Source: Setoptus koraiensis
Taxonomy: Eukaryota; Animalia; Arthropoda
Reading direction: 5' to 3'
Length of the DNA stretch: 64,000 bases
NCBI GenBank assembly: GCA_048013815.1
Contig: CM106585.1
Span: forward strand, 16,926,001-16,990,000
The translations under genes and the position numbers were made by a program. This document shows positions 45,596 through 57,790 of this stretch, piece after piece (positions within the stretch are counted from its first letter, which is position 1; every line of letters starts with the position of its first letter). The notes under the pieces are model-generated. The model had not been told where the DNA came from and did not search any database. It worked only from the letters and a program-made list of their open reading frames with translations.

Positions 45596-48500
45596 CCCCA
45601 CTTACTATTTGCGACTATTAGGTAATCTTTTATATATCCGATTGCGCCGGCACGATTGCCTGCGACGCGATTATAGTGGGCGACGCGCCGAGACGGTTTG
45701 TTTGAACTGGGGCCAAGTGCAAAAGCGTCACCTTGCCAAGTCGCATTTGGGCGCCGTTTCGAGCAGTCGTTTGTGTCCGGCTGTCCGGCACGACAGCAAA
45801 CATTCCACGATGCCGTTGGCGCGCCGGTCACTCGGCCCGTCACTCGGCCGGTCATACGGCCGGTCGCGCGGCCGGTTGCACGGCTGACCAGCGGGCCGGC
45901 CGGCCGGCCGGCTCTCTCTAATCGAGAGTCTCGATGGCCGGCTCGTTGATGGATAAACAATCGATCGCCGCATGGCCAATATTGGCCACAGTTTGTGAGA
46001 CGCTTTGTGAGACAGTTCGCGGGCGCCGTGCCGCGCCCGAACCGGCGCCGGATCGGGCCGCTAATGGACAACAGATCGGACTCGTCTGGCAGGAAATCGC
46101 GACACTCGCACTGCGCCAGTCGCACAGGTGAGACGAGCGGTTTAGGCCGCGATCGATGGCGCCGGTGCGATGCTTATTGCGCAATGATGGCAATGAGCTG
46201 TGCAGTATGGAAAATCAGCCATCATCCCAATTATCACACTACCTTCACTACAGTTCCAGCTGACGTCACCTGATGCGGCGACAACTGGTGCCGCCGACGA
46301 GCGCTAATCACTCGCGCCTACTACAACTGTAAACAGGTGAGCGCCGGCCCCAATCAATGCTTGTCTGGGGCCCCTTCTTCTTGGCCTCGCCACTGCTGCT
46401 GTATCGATATTGCTGCTGTATATTGGGGATGGATAATTTTTGCTGGCGAAACTGATGGCAATCAAGCCGGCGCGTTGTTGCTGGAATTTGGCTGCGATGT
46501 TAGCGCGAATTGGCGATAGGCCGCGATTCTCAGGAAAACACAAGCCATCGCGACACAACGGCAATTCTTTTCTTGCTCGCTCCATCGCCACTGTTGGCCG
46601 AATCAGGCCAGCCAACCGGCCAAGCAGTGGCACTGTCTAGCCAGGCTGTCTGACCGAGTCTGACCGAGTCTGACCGAGTCTGACGGACAAGGGGCCGCAG
46701 AATAGAACGGCAGAATAGAGCTAGAGATTATTGTGCCGACATATGGGATTATTCGGGTTGCCGGTGAACAATGAGATCCCATCATAAGAACGAGACAACA
46801 AGACGCTGAGACGCGCACAATAATGAATGACCGGCGAGCGCCGTTGTCGTCTCTGGTTGCCTGTTATTGTTACATACATGTCGTTTCGTTACAACGGGGC
46901 CCCTATTTTTATCTCATCATTATCCGATTAATGTTGTCTGCAACAACTCCAACGGTAACATGCTTATCGACATCGGCATCAACCAGCAACTTGCCACCAG
47001 CATCCATCTGTGATTGTTTGTTAGCGTCCAACAAATAATCAAGGCCGGCCAGCGGTCTCGGCGGGCCTCGTCCATTGCCCGGCTTGTCCGTTACTCGGCT
47101 TGTCCGTTACTCAGCTTGTCCGATGGCCTGACTGTCCGTTACTCAGCTTGTCCGATGGCCGGCTTGCCCGTTGGCCCAACTGTCCGTTAATGTGCCAACT
47201 AATGACAACAACAATAAAAATAAAATGAAGCATTTTCATTCGCTGGCGAGCTCGCCTCTATCGATCATAAATTAACTTGCTGCGAACAAGTAAACATTTG
47301 CATACGTTGCGAAGTTATTATACGTGCTTTCGCTATTGTGCTTGCTACATCCATTTATAACCATTTATCCAGCTTGCTGCAAAAGTTTATTATTTAACCG
47401 TTTCATTACAACTATGCGAATGCTCTCATTTAGGTGCACACATTAATGGAATGAGACGCAACGAATGAATGGGCCAGATATTGGCCCCAAAACTTGCCAT
47501 TCGGTCTGGTGCTTGTTTAATTAATCACGACACATTCGCATGAGATACTCCTGTCGTGTTACTGCTGTCCAGCTGAATATATGCATCGATGATAAATTAA
47601 AGCTGCTCATGCAACTCGCTTGTGACTCGCAACATTGCTTAACATTGCATCAGCTTATATATTGTTTGTTTTGTTTTGCCAGTTGGCGGCCCCTTTCGAA
47701 TACGGGCCCTCACTGGCCATGATAATTGGTCTGACCGACAACAATATTCGACAGCGACATCCGACAACAATATCCGACGACGACCACATGTGCGACACCG
47801 ATATCCGACCACGATGTCCGAGAGCGCGCGCGACAAACAATGGTGACTCGTTATCTTGGCTACGCAACAAATTAACCGGGCCATTGACGAGAGTTAATTA
47901 GTTGGCCATTGTGACATCAAGCCCCGGCTTGTGAATCCCGCAAACAGTCTGGCCAGCATTTACAGAAATTCATGGGGTCATGCCAACGGGTCGAGGCGAT
48001 CACCATTGCGTAATTTTTTTTTCTGTGCTTGTTTGATTTGTTCGCGTTTTAATTGGCGTACGTGAATTGTTTGGGTCCATCAATCAAGTTCAATCTGACA
48101 CACAGTTATATTGACGAAATCAGGTACGAGATACAACGGCTTCCATCACCTGTGACCGCCTGTGTACATCGCCTAGCAATTTCCCCGGGTTTGCCCCAAC
48201 GCATGCACTCGCCAAATTGGTACAAGCCGAAACGATCTACGTGACCCCTATCTCGCCATTCATCGAGATAATAATAGCCCTAGATAGCTTGCCATTACGA
48301 CGACGACGATCAGGGTATGACCCCTCTGTTGTGCATAGGTGCATCATCTATTATTATTGATAACATCGAGAGCTATAAATATCGACAAGCAAATGGTTGT
48401 GGTTGTTGTTGTTGTTGGTTACAATTGCCAATCATCTGATGAATGCAGTCGATGTTGTTATCGGTGCTGTTATCGATGTGGGCCAATCAATGATATTGGC

Positions 48501-50376
48501 ACGCACCAAGGCAAAATAAGCAAATGAACAAGACAACTAATCTAGTCACTCACTCAAGATATTGTGTTGGCCATAATCCATTACGTAGTGCACTGGTGTA
48601 ACAGCACAAATCAATTGTGTTGCTAATCGTTTCGTTGTTGATTATCTAAAAAAGATGAAGAAGTTACATTAATTATTGCGTCACAATGACACACAAAAAC
48701 AATCATTCAATAGAAATATAAAACAATTTGACGCAATAGAGAGACGCTCAACTCGATGAATGTTTGTGCTCTTTCACGAAATGTGAATTGACGAAATGCG
48801 AATTGACGAAATGTGCGCCTGATGTGCGTTATTATCATTTGAATCATTCAATCAATTCAGTTATTATCAATTAAGTAAGATAATTGGTGACTGAGAGCCG
48901 CCAGTAAGCTGATAAAATATGAGCTAAATGAGAGGAATGAGCCTGTTAGATGTAACGTAGTAACGTTTCGGCAGTGACAATAATTGTTGTGGCCCAACAG
49001 GCGACGCTCTGAACGCGACATGAATGAATGAATATACCCTCTGTGGCTGTCATCAAACTTTCATTATCAACTATATGATAACTATGATATATAACAACAA
49101 ATTGTGCATTTACAATTGTTGGTTACAATTGTGTAAGAGGACATTGTGTGAGACGACGACTCACACTCAAATATCGCTAATTATTATAGCGATACATAGC
49201 TCACTAGACGCTATAGTGACTCACTAGGGCGAGATAGTTTGACTAATTAATTGTGACGTTCATCAGTCTAATCATATCGGCCTAATATAGGTAGATGTGA
49301 TCTTATAATCTATTGCTGCTGTTGATATTATTGTCACCAACAAACTAGTTGCCTCTAACTTGTACTTGGCTATCGCTGACTTAAATGTGACTTTTCATTA
49401 TCTTTGATTTTATTTTATAGTAAAGTACAGCCAACGATTGTTGATTTGATTACTGTTGAGATTGAGATAAATCTTGTTCCTTTGTGTTTGTGTCTTATAT
49501 GTGATTCAAAGATTGTTAACTATTATGTGACGTTCTCATATACTACATGATATGCATCAAAAACAAACTGCATATCCACCCACCCTCAGTACGATCGTCC
49601 TTTGGTATGATGATACTCCAAACACTTGCTAGTTATCGGTGATTGTTTGTTTGTCTGGTCGTCGTCGTCGTCGTCGTTTGTTGATTGCTCTAATTGAAAC
49701 CACCAATAACTTTCAGTTGCAAGCTTCAAGTGCCAACTGAAAGAAGGAGAAGATATACATTAATTAAGTGAGTAGAAAACATTTCAAATGTGATCGCTTT
49801 TCAAAGGGTGAAACCAACAATAAAGAACGTTATCAGTAGATACAGCGAACAATGTTTATTGATACTGTTAGTTGTGTTTTCTATCTACATTTGTTTTTTT
49901 TTCTGACAATTTGTTTGAGAGCAACGTGAAATATTATTAATTAGTTGGTACGATGCAATCGGATGTATCACGACAATCCAAATATTCTACAGATATTATC
50001 GAACATTTTCTACTTAAAAGGCCGCCGTCTTGCAATTATCTAAATTACCCTACGAGTAGTGAGGTTATATAATAGTCAGCAATGAATTAAATGTGTATTA
50101 AATATTTAAAACTCACTGGTATCCGCGTGCTACCGTATCAGTCAAGTTAATAATTGACTCATAAAGAATTAGCAGGCGAATTTCACTATTGTTGGCACAA
50201 AACATTACGAATGTTCCATTGAATGTCCCACTACTCTTGACAAATTAAACATGACCAATACATCGACCATCAACAATTATCAAGTATTAACATGAATTAA
50301 AGTCACTAATTATTGATCATCGACAATGTACAAAAAAGACTGTTTATTTACGGAATTTATTGTTGCTATGCCGTCA

Positions 50377-50439
50377 AGATATGTTTGATATTCTTGGTTG
50401 TTGTCAGTTTCATATCCAACTGAGAATCAAACATATTCA
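50377..50439 (+). ncRNA. mir-190: microRNA mir-190 precursor hairpin
   Basis: 5p arm AGATATGTTTGATATTCTTGGTTG (50377-50400) matches arthropod miR-190-5p as I recall it. A 16-nt loop follows, then the 3p arm CAACTGAGAATCAAACATATT (50417-50437), which pairs along its length with one 2-nt bulge and three G:U pairs. Confidence 0.93.
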
Positions 50440-52170
50440 TTACGTGATAGACAACAAATCCATTCAACAACACCTCAAGTACACTTTCAATCATTGAGCA
50501 AAGCTTGGACTTTCTGTTGCTGTGAAAAAGTCACAATGAATTGTTTCAATTCGAATAGACTTTCTGAAATGAAATGCAACTGCTCTCATCAATGTCGACA
50601 GAATCAGAAAAGTCAAAACATTTTGCGAAAACTCCGCAAGGTTTATTCGTTAATTTGTGCACCGTTAGAAAAAGGCGCCTGGTATGTAAGCCGGTGAGTT
50701 TTAGCTAGTCAAATAATCTCCATCCAACTCAATTCGACAACAAATAAGATCAATGCTCAGCAGTAATTGGACTCAACTTACCTTATAATATAGAATGCCC
50801 TTGGTTTAACTCACAATCCGTAAATTTCATCATTCATAATATTGGCCGGTGAGATTGTTGACTGTGGTCCAAGAAAATAGATATTTACATAAATGCGAGA
50901 TCTGAGTGAATTTAAATGGCTGCCCCATAAAGACATTGGAAGTCAATATTGGCCCATCTCTCAACTGGCAAACAGTCGGGGAAAATCCCTATTTTTCGAC
51001 CTCGTCGTACCTCTTGGATGGTTCCGAAGCGTAGCAAGATCTTGTAAACTATAGACCGGTAATTATCGTCCATGGTGCTGCTATTTCATCTCGTATATGC
51101 CATGTTAATGTGAATTGTTGAAAATAAAACGCCAGCATATCTCTACAAATCTTTTCTACTCTAGGTGCCACTTCAGGACGATGGAAGCATGACATTTATT
51201 TTTCCAACCCGATGATATTAGAGACTCGGACTATTTATTTATACTAGATACACCTCACATAAGCAAATCGATCCACCGAAACAAGTATTAGCTTCGTAAT
51301 AGATCTCTCGACCAAGCCTGTAAGTGATTTTATTTACCTTGGGCCCCGCTCGGTCCTCCCGTCCTTCTTTGGCTTGCACTATCTATCCTAGCTCACATCT
51401 CGCATTACTAACTAGAACAACAAACGATCTAATCATCAACAAATAAAAATAGAATATATTTTTCATTTTATTGTTATTAATGCCTTATTTTAGCAATGTT
51501 TTATAGCTCTATAACATGGCTGCCGTCGAAAGCGACACCTTGGGGTAGCCAAGCTATTGTCCATAGACACTGTAAGCCAAAAGCTGCTGTTTGTGGAGAA
51601 AAACTATCGAAACAACAAATTGTTACGTCGTGATTTTAAATAAGATCTGAGGCTAAATTTGACGCGGATGTTGCGCCACCAGCAAGACCGATGAGACAGC
51701 GTATCAACAGACAATTAGGCGTCTTGTATAATGTACAACCTTGTGACCTCGTGAGAATACAGCCGATAATTATTATTTTTATGAGACGTAGCCTCAATGG
51801 TAAACTATTTCAGCCGAAATTCATAATGATTCGGGTCTAAATCTATCAATGCGAATCAATTGCTGATGCCACCGTACAATCTTTCATTCTGACGGCTTCA
51901 TTCATCCATCTTTTATATTTCTTCGTCACAGTCTTACAGCAGTTGGTTCCACATAGAGACAATTGCCCTCATAATAGGTCAATGTATTTAGGCTCGCATT
52001 CCAGGCCTCAGTATTTCTCTTGATTTGTCAGAAAATTCCTCTTTCAGTGTTGTCTTCTCATTTTTAAAACGAAATCTTTGAATCAGTTTCTACACAAAAC
52101 GAAATCCCTTTAGCGCGATTATTGTGTGCATCCATGTCGCTCATATCCACTCGCGCTGGGATAGAGAACC

Positions 52171-52221
52171 CTAAATCAACATTAAGTTTTTGCTAAATCA
52201 ACTTAATGTTGATTTAGTAAA
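52171..52221. other. AT-rich 18-bp perfect inverted repeat with an alternative inner arm
   Basis: CTAAATCAACATTAAGTT (52171-52188) / AACTTAATGTTGATTTAG (52200-52217). A second CTAAATCAAC at 52193-52202 can pair with 52208-52217. Confidence 0.85.
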
Positions 52222-54035
52222 AAAAACAAGACTTGCAAAACTTTTTATGTACAATGGATTATCATAGTTTACTCAGTAAATCGACTTTCATTGAGTAATC
52301 ATTTGATAGACTTATGTGAGGGCTGAAAAACTAGTGTATAACTATTATTATTATTATATTATATTATAACTAATTACTCTTGAACATTTATTGCAGCGAT
52401 CGGCAATAGAAGATTGAGATAATGATAGAAAGTAGTGCTATATCAACTGGCGCTTAGGTAAGACCTGATTCAATAATCATGATAAGGTATAGAAAGATTG
52501 CGCTGATATTGCTCGTGAGAGCTATTTCTGGGCTCACTCGAAACTCAAAGTAAAATTACAAAATATATATCCAAATACCTATCCATCCGGCAAATAGTGT
52601 GACGATGAGTTAGGCCGGGAGCAAACAGTTGGAGGAGGGACCCAGAAAGACTTCAGCTACAACATACAAGCTAACTAATCGCATAGCACGTAAACTCACG
52701 AGATGTTTTTTGTCTCCAATACTGTATTCCGAGCTGGAAATTTTGACAGTAGCCACAAAAAAGTCCACACACAAATACAAATAATTTAATAATACAAATA
52801 TCATGTAGTTATTCAATGGTTTCGTACATCCACATCGACTAACCAACCCACCTCATAAATGAATAGTGATTGCTTAATTTAAATATTGAATGCGACACGC
52901 ACCAAAACTGTGATTGAAAAAAGATCAATCGGATTTCGGGGGTTACTTTCTGAGTCTTTCCAGTATTTGAAGCGGTTAGGGCATCTGTAACGTTTCTCAA
53001 ATTTCGCTCTGAAGACCTTTGGTTTGTTGCTGTCCTGTAAATGTATTTAGTGGCTGGTTTTTTATCTGGTTTGGTAGACTTATTGCAATTTTACACTGTT
53101 ATGAACAGTGGCGATCAGCATTGTGGTCACTCGCAGAGATTATTTGATTTATTTCGATTTTTCGACCATCTCAAATAATTGAGTGAAAATTTTTTGATCT
53201 TGATGGTCGCAATCAAAACTGGTGTGACATCCTGCTCGATGTCACAATAATGTACAAATAACGTCCATAAAACGTCCTTCTTATAAATGAGAATGTAAGT
53301 CAAATTTTTCTCCAGATTGAGCGATAGTGATATGTGACTGATATCATCAGTTTAACTTGTGCTTATATCACACGAGCCAAGAACATGGAATTATACATGA
53401 TTATTTGGTAACATGAGCAATGAACTATTGAGATAATAGTGCAGAAAATAATCTCAGTGACCTCTAGTGACCGATAAAATCAGTGTCACCGAGTGTCGTG
53501 ATAGGTGCAAATTTGTCGCAACGACAGGTTGCCTAATTTTACGGCAGTGTCTCTTGTAGGCATTGGTTAGTATGTCATGCCATTGGCACTGCCAAGAACA
53601 AAACAGAATGGCAATCAAGCACAACCTACGATGATCTATAGAAAGAAATGCCTTACTGGTGTCCGAAAAAAATAAACATACACCAATCGACACAATTCAA
53701 ATTAGCATCGAGCATGAATAATTAGTAGCGAGATAATTGCGCGGTAACTGTTGTCGCGTAATAACGACTTGTTGCAGGACTTATTTTTTAAGTTTGTTGG
53801 TTTAAAGTGTAGCTTTGAGCTCAACTACAAACTCACTTTTACTTTAATTTTGTTGTTCGGTGGTTCTCGATTTGTGAACTAGGTTTTGTTCTGAACTGCA
53901 ATAGCTAAACGGGACTGTGAGTATTGTGCCAATTTGTGGCCTGACAATTGCTTGTTGAACTGCATCAAGATCAGACAATAATGTGACGTGATTAACCTCA
54001 CCATTTAACCTCAAGATGGACCCATGGCCAGCTTA

Positions 54036-56082
54036 TCAGATGGATAAATTGAACACGTGATTCAAGATGGGTCTCAACAGAGAGTCGGCAAGCTTGAATA
54101 TTGTAACAATGTAACCATTTGCGCCGCCGAATAAACTATCCACTTTATTTGGTGAGCTGGTCACGGGTGATTTTGTTGAGTCAATGGAATGGTCTGGCAA
54201 AAATTCTTGCGCCATTACGACTTTTTGGTCTGGATAAAAAACAGTTTCAGGGACAGTGCTTGCTACTGTTGTTGTTGTGTCGGTGTCTGATGCGATAATC
54301 ATATCATAGTTATCATATGCAAAAGGATACTCTTTTTGAGCTCTTCTTCTTTTTGGAATGAGGCGAGTTGCAATTTCGGGCACTTTAAGCAGAGTTATTT
54401 CGCGCGTATATGTTGCCCAAGAGTTTAAAATGTCCATTACGGCACCGCTAAAACCACCCGAAACAACTGGCCCCGTTTCCGGCGTTGCCTGTTGATTGAA
54501 GCGGGCCGCATCGCCAAACCTTCTCATGTAAGAGGTCGAGCTTATTCGCTGGAACGGGTCGTCCTGTTTCGTGGCCAATCTAAATCGACCACTAAACTCT
54601 GGTTCCTCCAAAATTGTGACCAGTCTCTCTGGATGGTTTGTCATTATGCCGTCCACATGCAACCTAATTATGGTCGATAGTGCGAGTTAAAATGAGCGAG
54701 AGCATAGGTCATCTCATTAGCTTATGTTTGAATTAGTGCCCGATGAAATTATTTGGGCCCCTTTTGGATTATTCAAATGGGCGCATAAGGTTGCATACTG
54801 TTGCAGCATTAAAAAAACATGCAGATTTTTGTGAGGCCAGATTGAACAAAAATTCTGGCAATTCAATTGAATCGCAATTAGGGTGAATTACCTGAGAGCG
54901 TCCCTCATGCGATCGTGCAAATCTATTGTCCACTGATACACCTTGCTCATGTAACCGCCGCTGTTGCGTATGGCCAGCGCCCTGCTGAGCCTATTGAGAT
55001 TGTAAAATGGGCTTATGCAATTTGTAAATCCGTCGCCTTGCCACAAGTTTAGCGTTGTTCGAAACTTTTTCCACATGCTCTCTATCAATTTGATGTCGTC
55101 GTTCATGCCAACGTCCCAGCCAATGTGGCGCATTAAATTGTCTGAATTGTTTTGATTGATGTAGTGCACAAAATTGAGCACCAGATCGACGTCTGTGGCG
55201 TGATTGACGGACAAAATTGTGTAAATTGGCTGAGTGATATTTGTATACAAATGTGCGCTAATCATTTTGGCCAATTGAATGCCCGCGTTCACTTTGGCCT
55301 GATGGCTCAGAGGTTCCAATTTAAGATCTAGAAAGAGTAGGGTCAAGTTGCGGCCATTGAGTCGACCGTTGACTGATCGAATCGGGGGCAAAAATCGTGG
55401 ACAACAATATAAACAGACGACAAGAATCATATGATGAGAAACGTAATTAATTAATATCACTATTATAACAGACAAGCGACGTGATATTAATTAAGTTGAA
55501 TTGAATTAATTAGTGCCTGCGTTAGTCCTACCTGGATCAATCAATTCTCTGGTGTGGCGCAAATAGTCGGCGAAAGTGTCCCGTTGATTGCAGTGTCTCA
55601 TACAATCGCACGGGGTTCCGTGAAAGGTCATCAGTGGTGTTCCGGACGCACTGAAGGTGACATCCGCCTCTATGGCGTTGGCGCCCTTGCTGGTTGCGTG
55701 ATTGATAATTGCAATTGTGATATTTGCATAGCACAATTGATTTGCATATGGTTATTGGGGCCGATTAACGTTACGTAATTGAGTGATTGATTGGATGTTG
55801 TGTTGACAAAATAAGTGGCGCAACAATTGTCGCAGTCGCAACTCACCTCAGTCTGTAGTCCAGTTCTCTGATGGAGTTCACCATGTGCGCAATGTTCCAA
55901 ATTGGCCTCCTCGGATCCATGGGGCTCGTTTCGTCTGAGGCTTGAGCATTGGTCGGGGCATGTTGCGCAATCAGCAACAGTATGCATGAACGGGCTGCCA
56001 TCAGCGACAACAATTGTCTCAATGGCGTCGCATTGTTTCGGCCATTGTCCGCTGGCCTCACTGTGGCGTTGTTGCATGTCAT
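54036..56082 (-). CDS. Sphingomyelinase D / phospholipase D (SicTox-like, class II), 500 aa. Exons 56082-55847, 55689-55532, 55372-54892, 54663-54036
   Basis: RRPIWNIAHMVN (His12), GANAIEAD (Glu32/Asp34), FHGTPCDCMRHC (His47, Cys51/53/57), LLFLDLK, HIGWD, WQGDGFTNC (Cys201), KVYQWTID, VDGIMTNHPE, RLAT..DDPF. Three GT-AG introns with matching phases; total 1503 nt. Confidence 0.93.
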
Positions 56083-56392
56083 GATCGCGTGATGTATGTG
56101 TGTTGGCAGTGTGAATTTATCAATGGCACGAATGGAATGAGGGGCCCTAAAACATGACAGCTGAAACGCACATTTGCGTCACAATTGTGTAATTTGCGTC
56201 ACAATTGCGTAACAACAGTTTGCAGCAAACTGGCGCTGCTCGTCCCCTCTTTGCGATGGTGCAAACAGCTCGCCGATCGCTCGTCGCCAAGTCAAGGTCA
56301 ACAAACTTGACTAATTATCGGGTCCTTGGGCCGTACACCGAAGTACAGAGTCTCAGAGTTTGCAGAGTGAACTCTGTCGTAGCAATAGATGC

Positions 56393-56394
<2 letters not shown>

Positions 56395-56478
<84 letters not shown>
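56395..56478. repeat. (GT)42 microsatellite
   Basis: Uninterrupted GT dinucleotide run, 84 bp. Confidence 0.95.
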
Positions 56479-56484
<6 letters not shown>

Positions 56485-57587
56485 CGGCGGAAACAACGGT
56501 GGGCACCGTGTTGCCGCTGCCCGTCGCCGCTGCCCGTCGTCGCTGCCCGTAGCCGCTGCAGCATCAATATGCAACAAGTGTTGCGTCAGACCGCTCAAAG
56601 CCGCTCACCGGTTCAACAGCCGTACCTGTTGTGTGTGTGTGTTACCTGTGCAGCAAAGCTGTCAGTGACTCACTTGACCAGTGATAGCCTCAGGTGCTTG
56701 AACTTGGAATTGACTTTGCGCCGCTGTGTAACATGCCAGTTGCAGTGGGCCGCAATTATTGGCCGATGACGGCCAATCACGGCGCTGGCAACACTGGCAA
56801 CACGCCATTCACTGTCGGACGATGCAAAGTAGGCGTCATTGCAGCGGCAATTACGTAACAGCAGCAACAATCGTTTGTAACGATAACAGTATGCGGCTAC
56901 AAATGCACATTTTTTCATACTGACACGACAAAATTCGCTAACGGCCCCCATTATGTTACGATGCAAACGATAATTGCGTACGTATCGCACATGTATTACA
57001 TAACACAATATGTAATGGCGACTTGCTGAGCGTGCTGCAACATTATAATGATGATAACGATAGCCAGAGTTGCCTGTGGGGGCGGCTCCAGTCGCCCGTA
57101 GCTTGCAGCTCGCTTGAATTCGTCGATACATCCGTTTGGGAAAAGAAAACGGAGAAAACGGAGAAAATGGAGAAAATGGAGAAAATGGAGAAAATGGAGA
57201 AAATCGGAAAATCGGAAAATTGAAAAATCGCTGATTACATCACACGGCATGTATGCTGGCTGGCTTCACCTGTGGCTCGGCTTGCCACAGGTAAAGCCGC
57301 CCGTAGCCTGGCGCGCGGTGTCCGTAATGCTAATTGCGATTGGCAATTTGTGAATGATCGCTCAGTACGCACACTGTGAGCACAGGTGAGCGCGGCTTGA
57401 TTAGCGAGACGGGCCACTTGTGCATCGAGTTCACTCATTAGCGATGACTCATCCTGTGGAGTTCATTCGTAAATTATCCACTACTGCAATAAGATAAGAG
57501 ATTTGTCCGTGAATCTAGGTTTGTATCTACAAGGTCGCGCAGCTAGTCAAGCAAAGCTCGCTGCACGCTCTACATGAGCACCGCCGA

Positions 57588-57790
57588 CTATTCACAACTA
57601 TTCACGCTCGTATTCACCTGTCGAACCCACATTCACATGTGCAAATATTCACATGTGCAAATATTCACATGTGCTAGTATTCACATGTGCTAGTATTCAC
57701 ATGTGAAAACCAAAACCAGCCAAATATTCACATGTCTCCTGTGGAAACGCTCGCCGTAGTCGCCTGTGGAAACGCTCGCCATATTCACCC
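57588..57790. repeat. ATTCAC-core repeat cluster with repeated CACATGTG palindromes
   Basis: 16-bp units ATTCACATGTGCAAAT x2 and ATTCACATGTGCTAGT x2, further ATTCACATGT copies at about 57695 and 57726, and more TATTCAC copies on both sides. Confidence 0.85.

Noticed and set aside
54036-56082. Recent horizontal transfer or contamination as the origin of the phospholipase D
   Set aside because: The gene has three spliceosomal introns and host-like composition, so any transfer is ancient.
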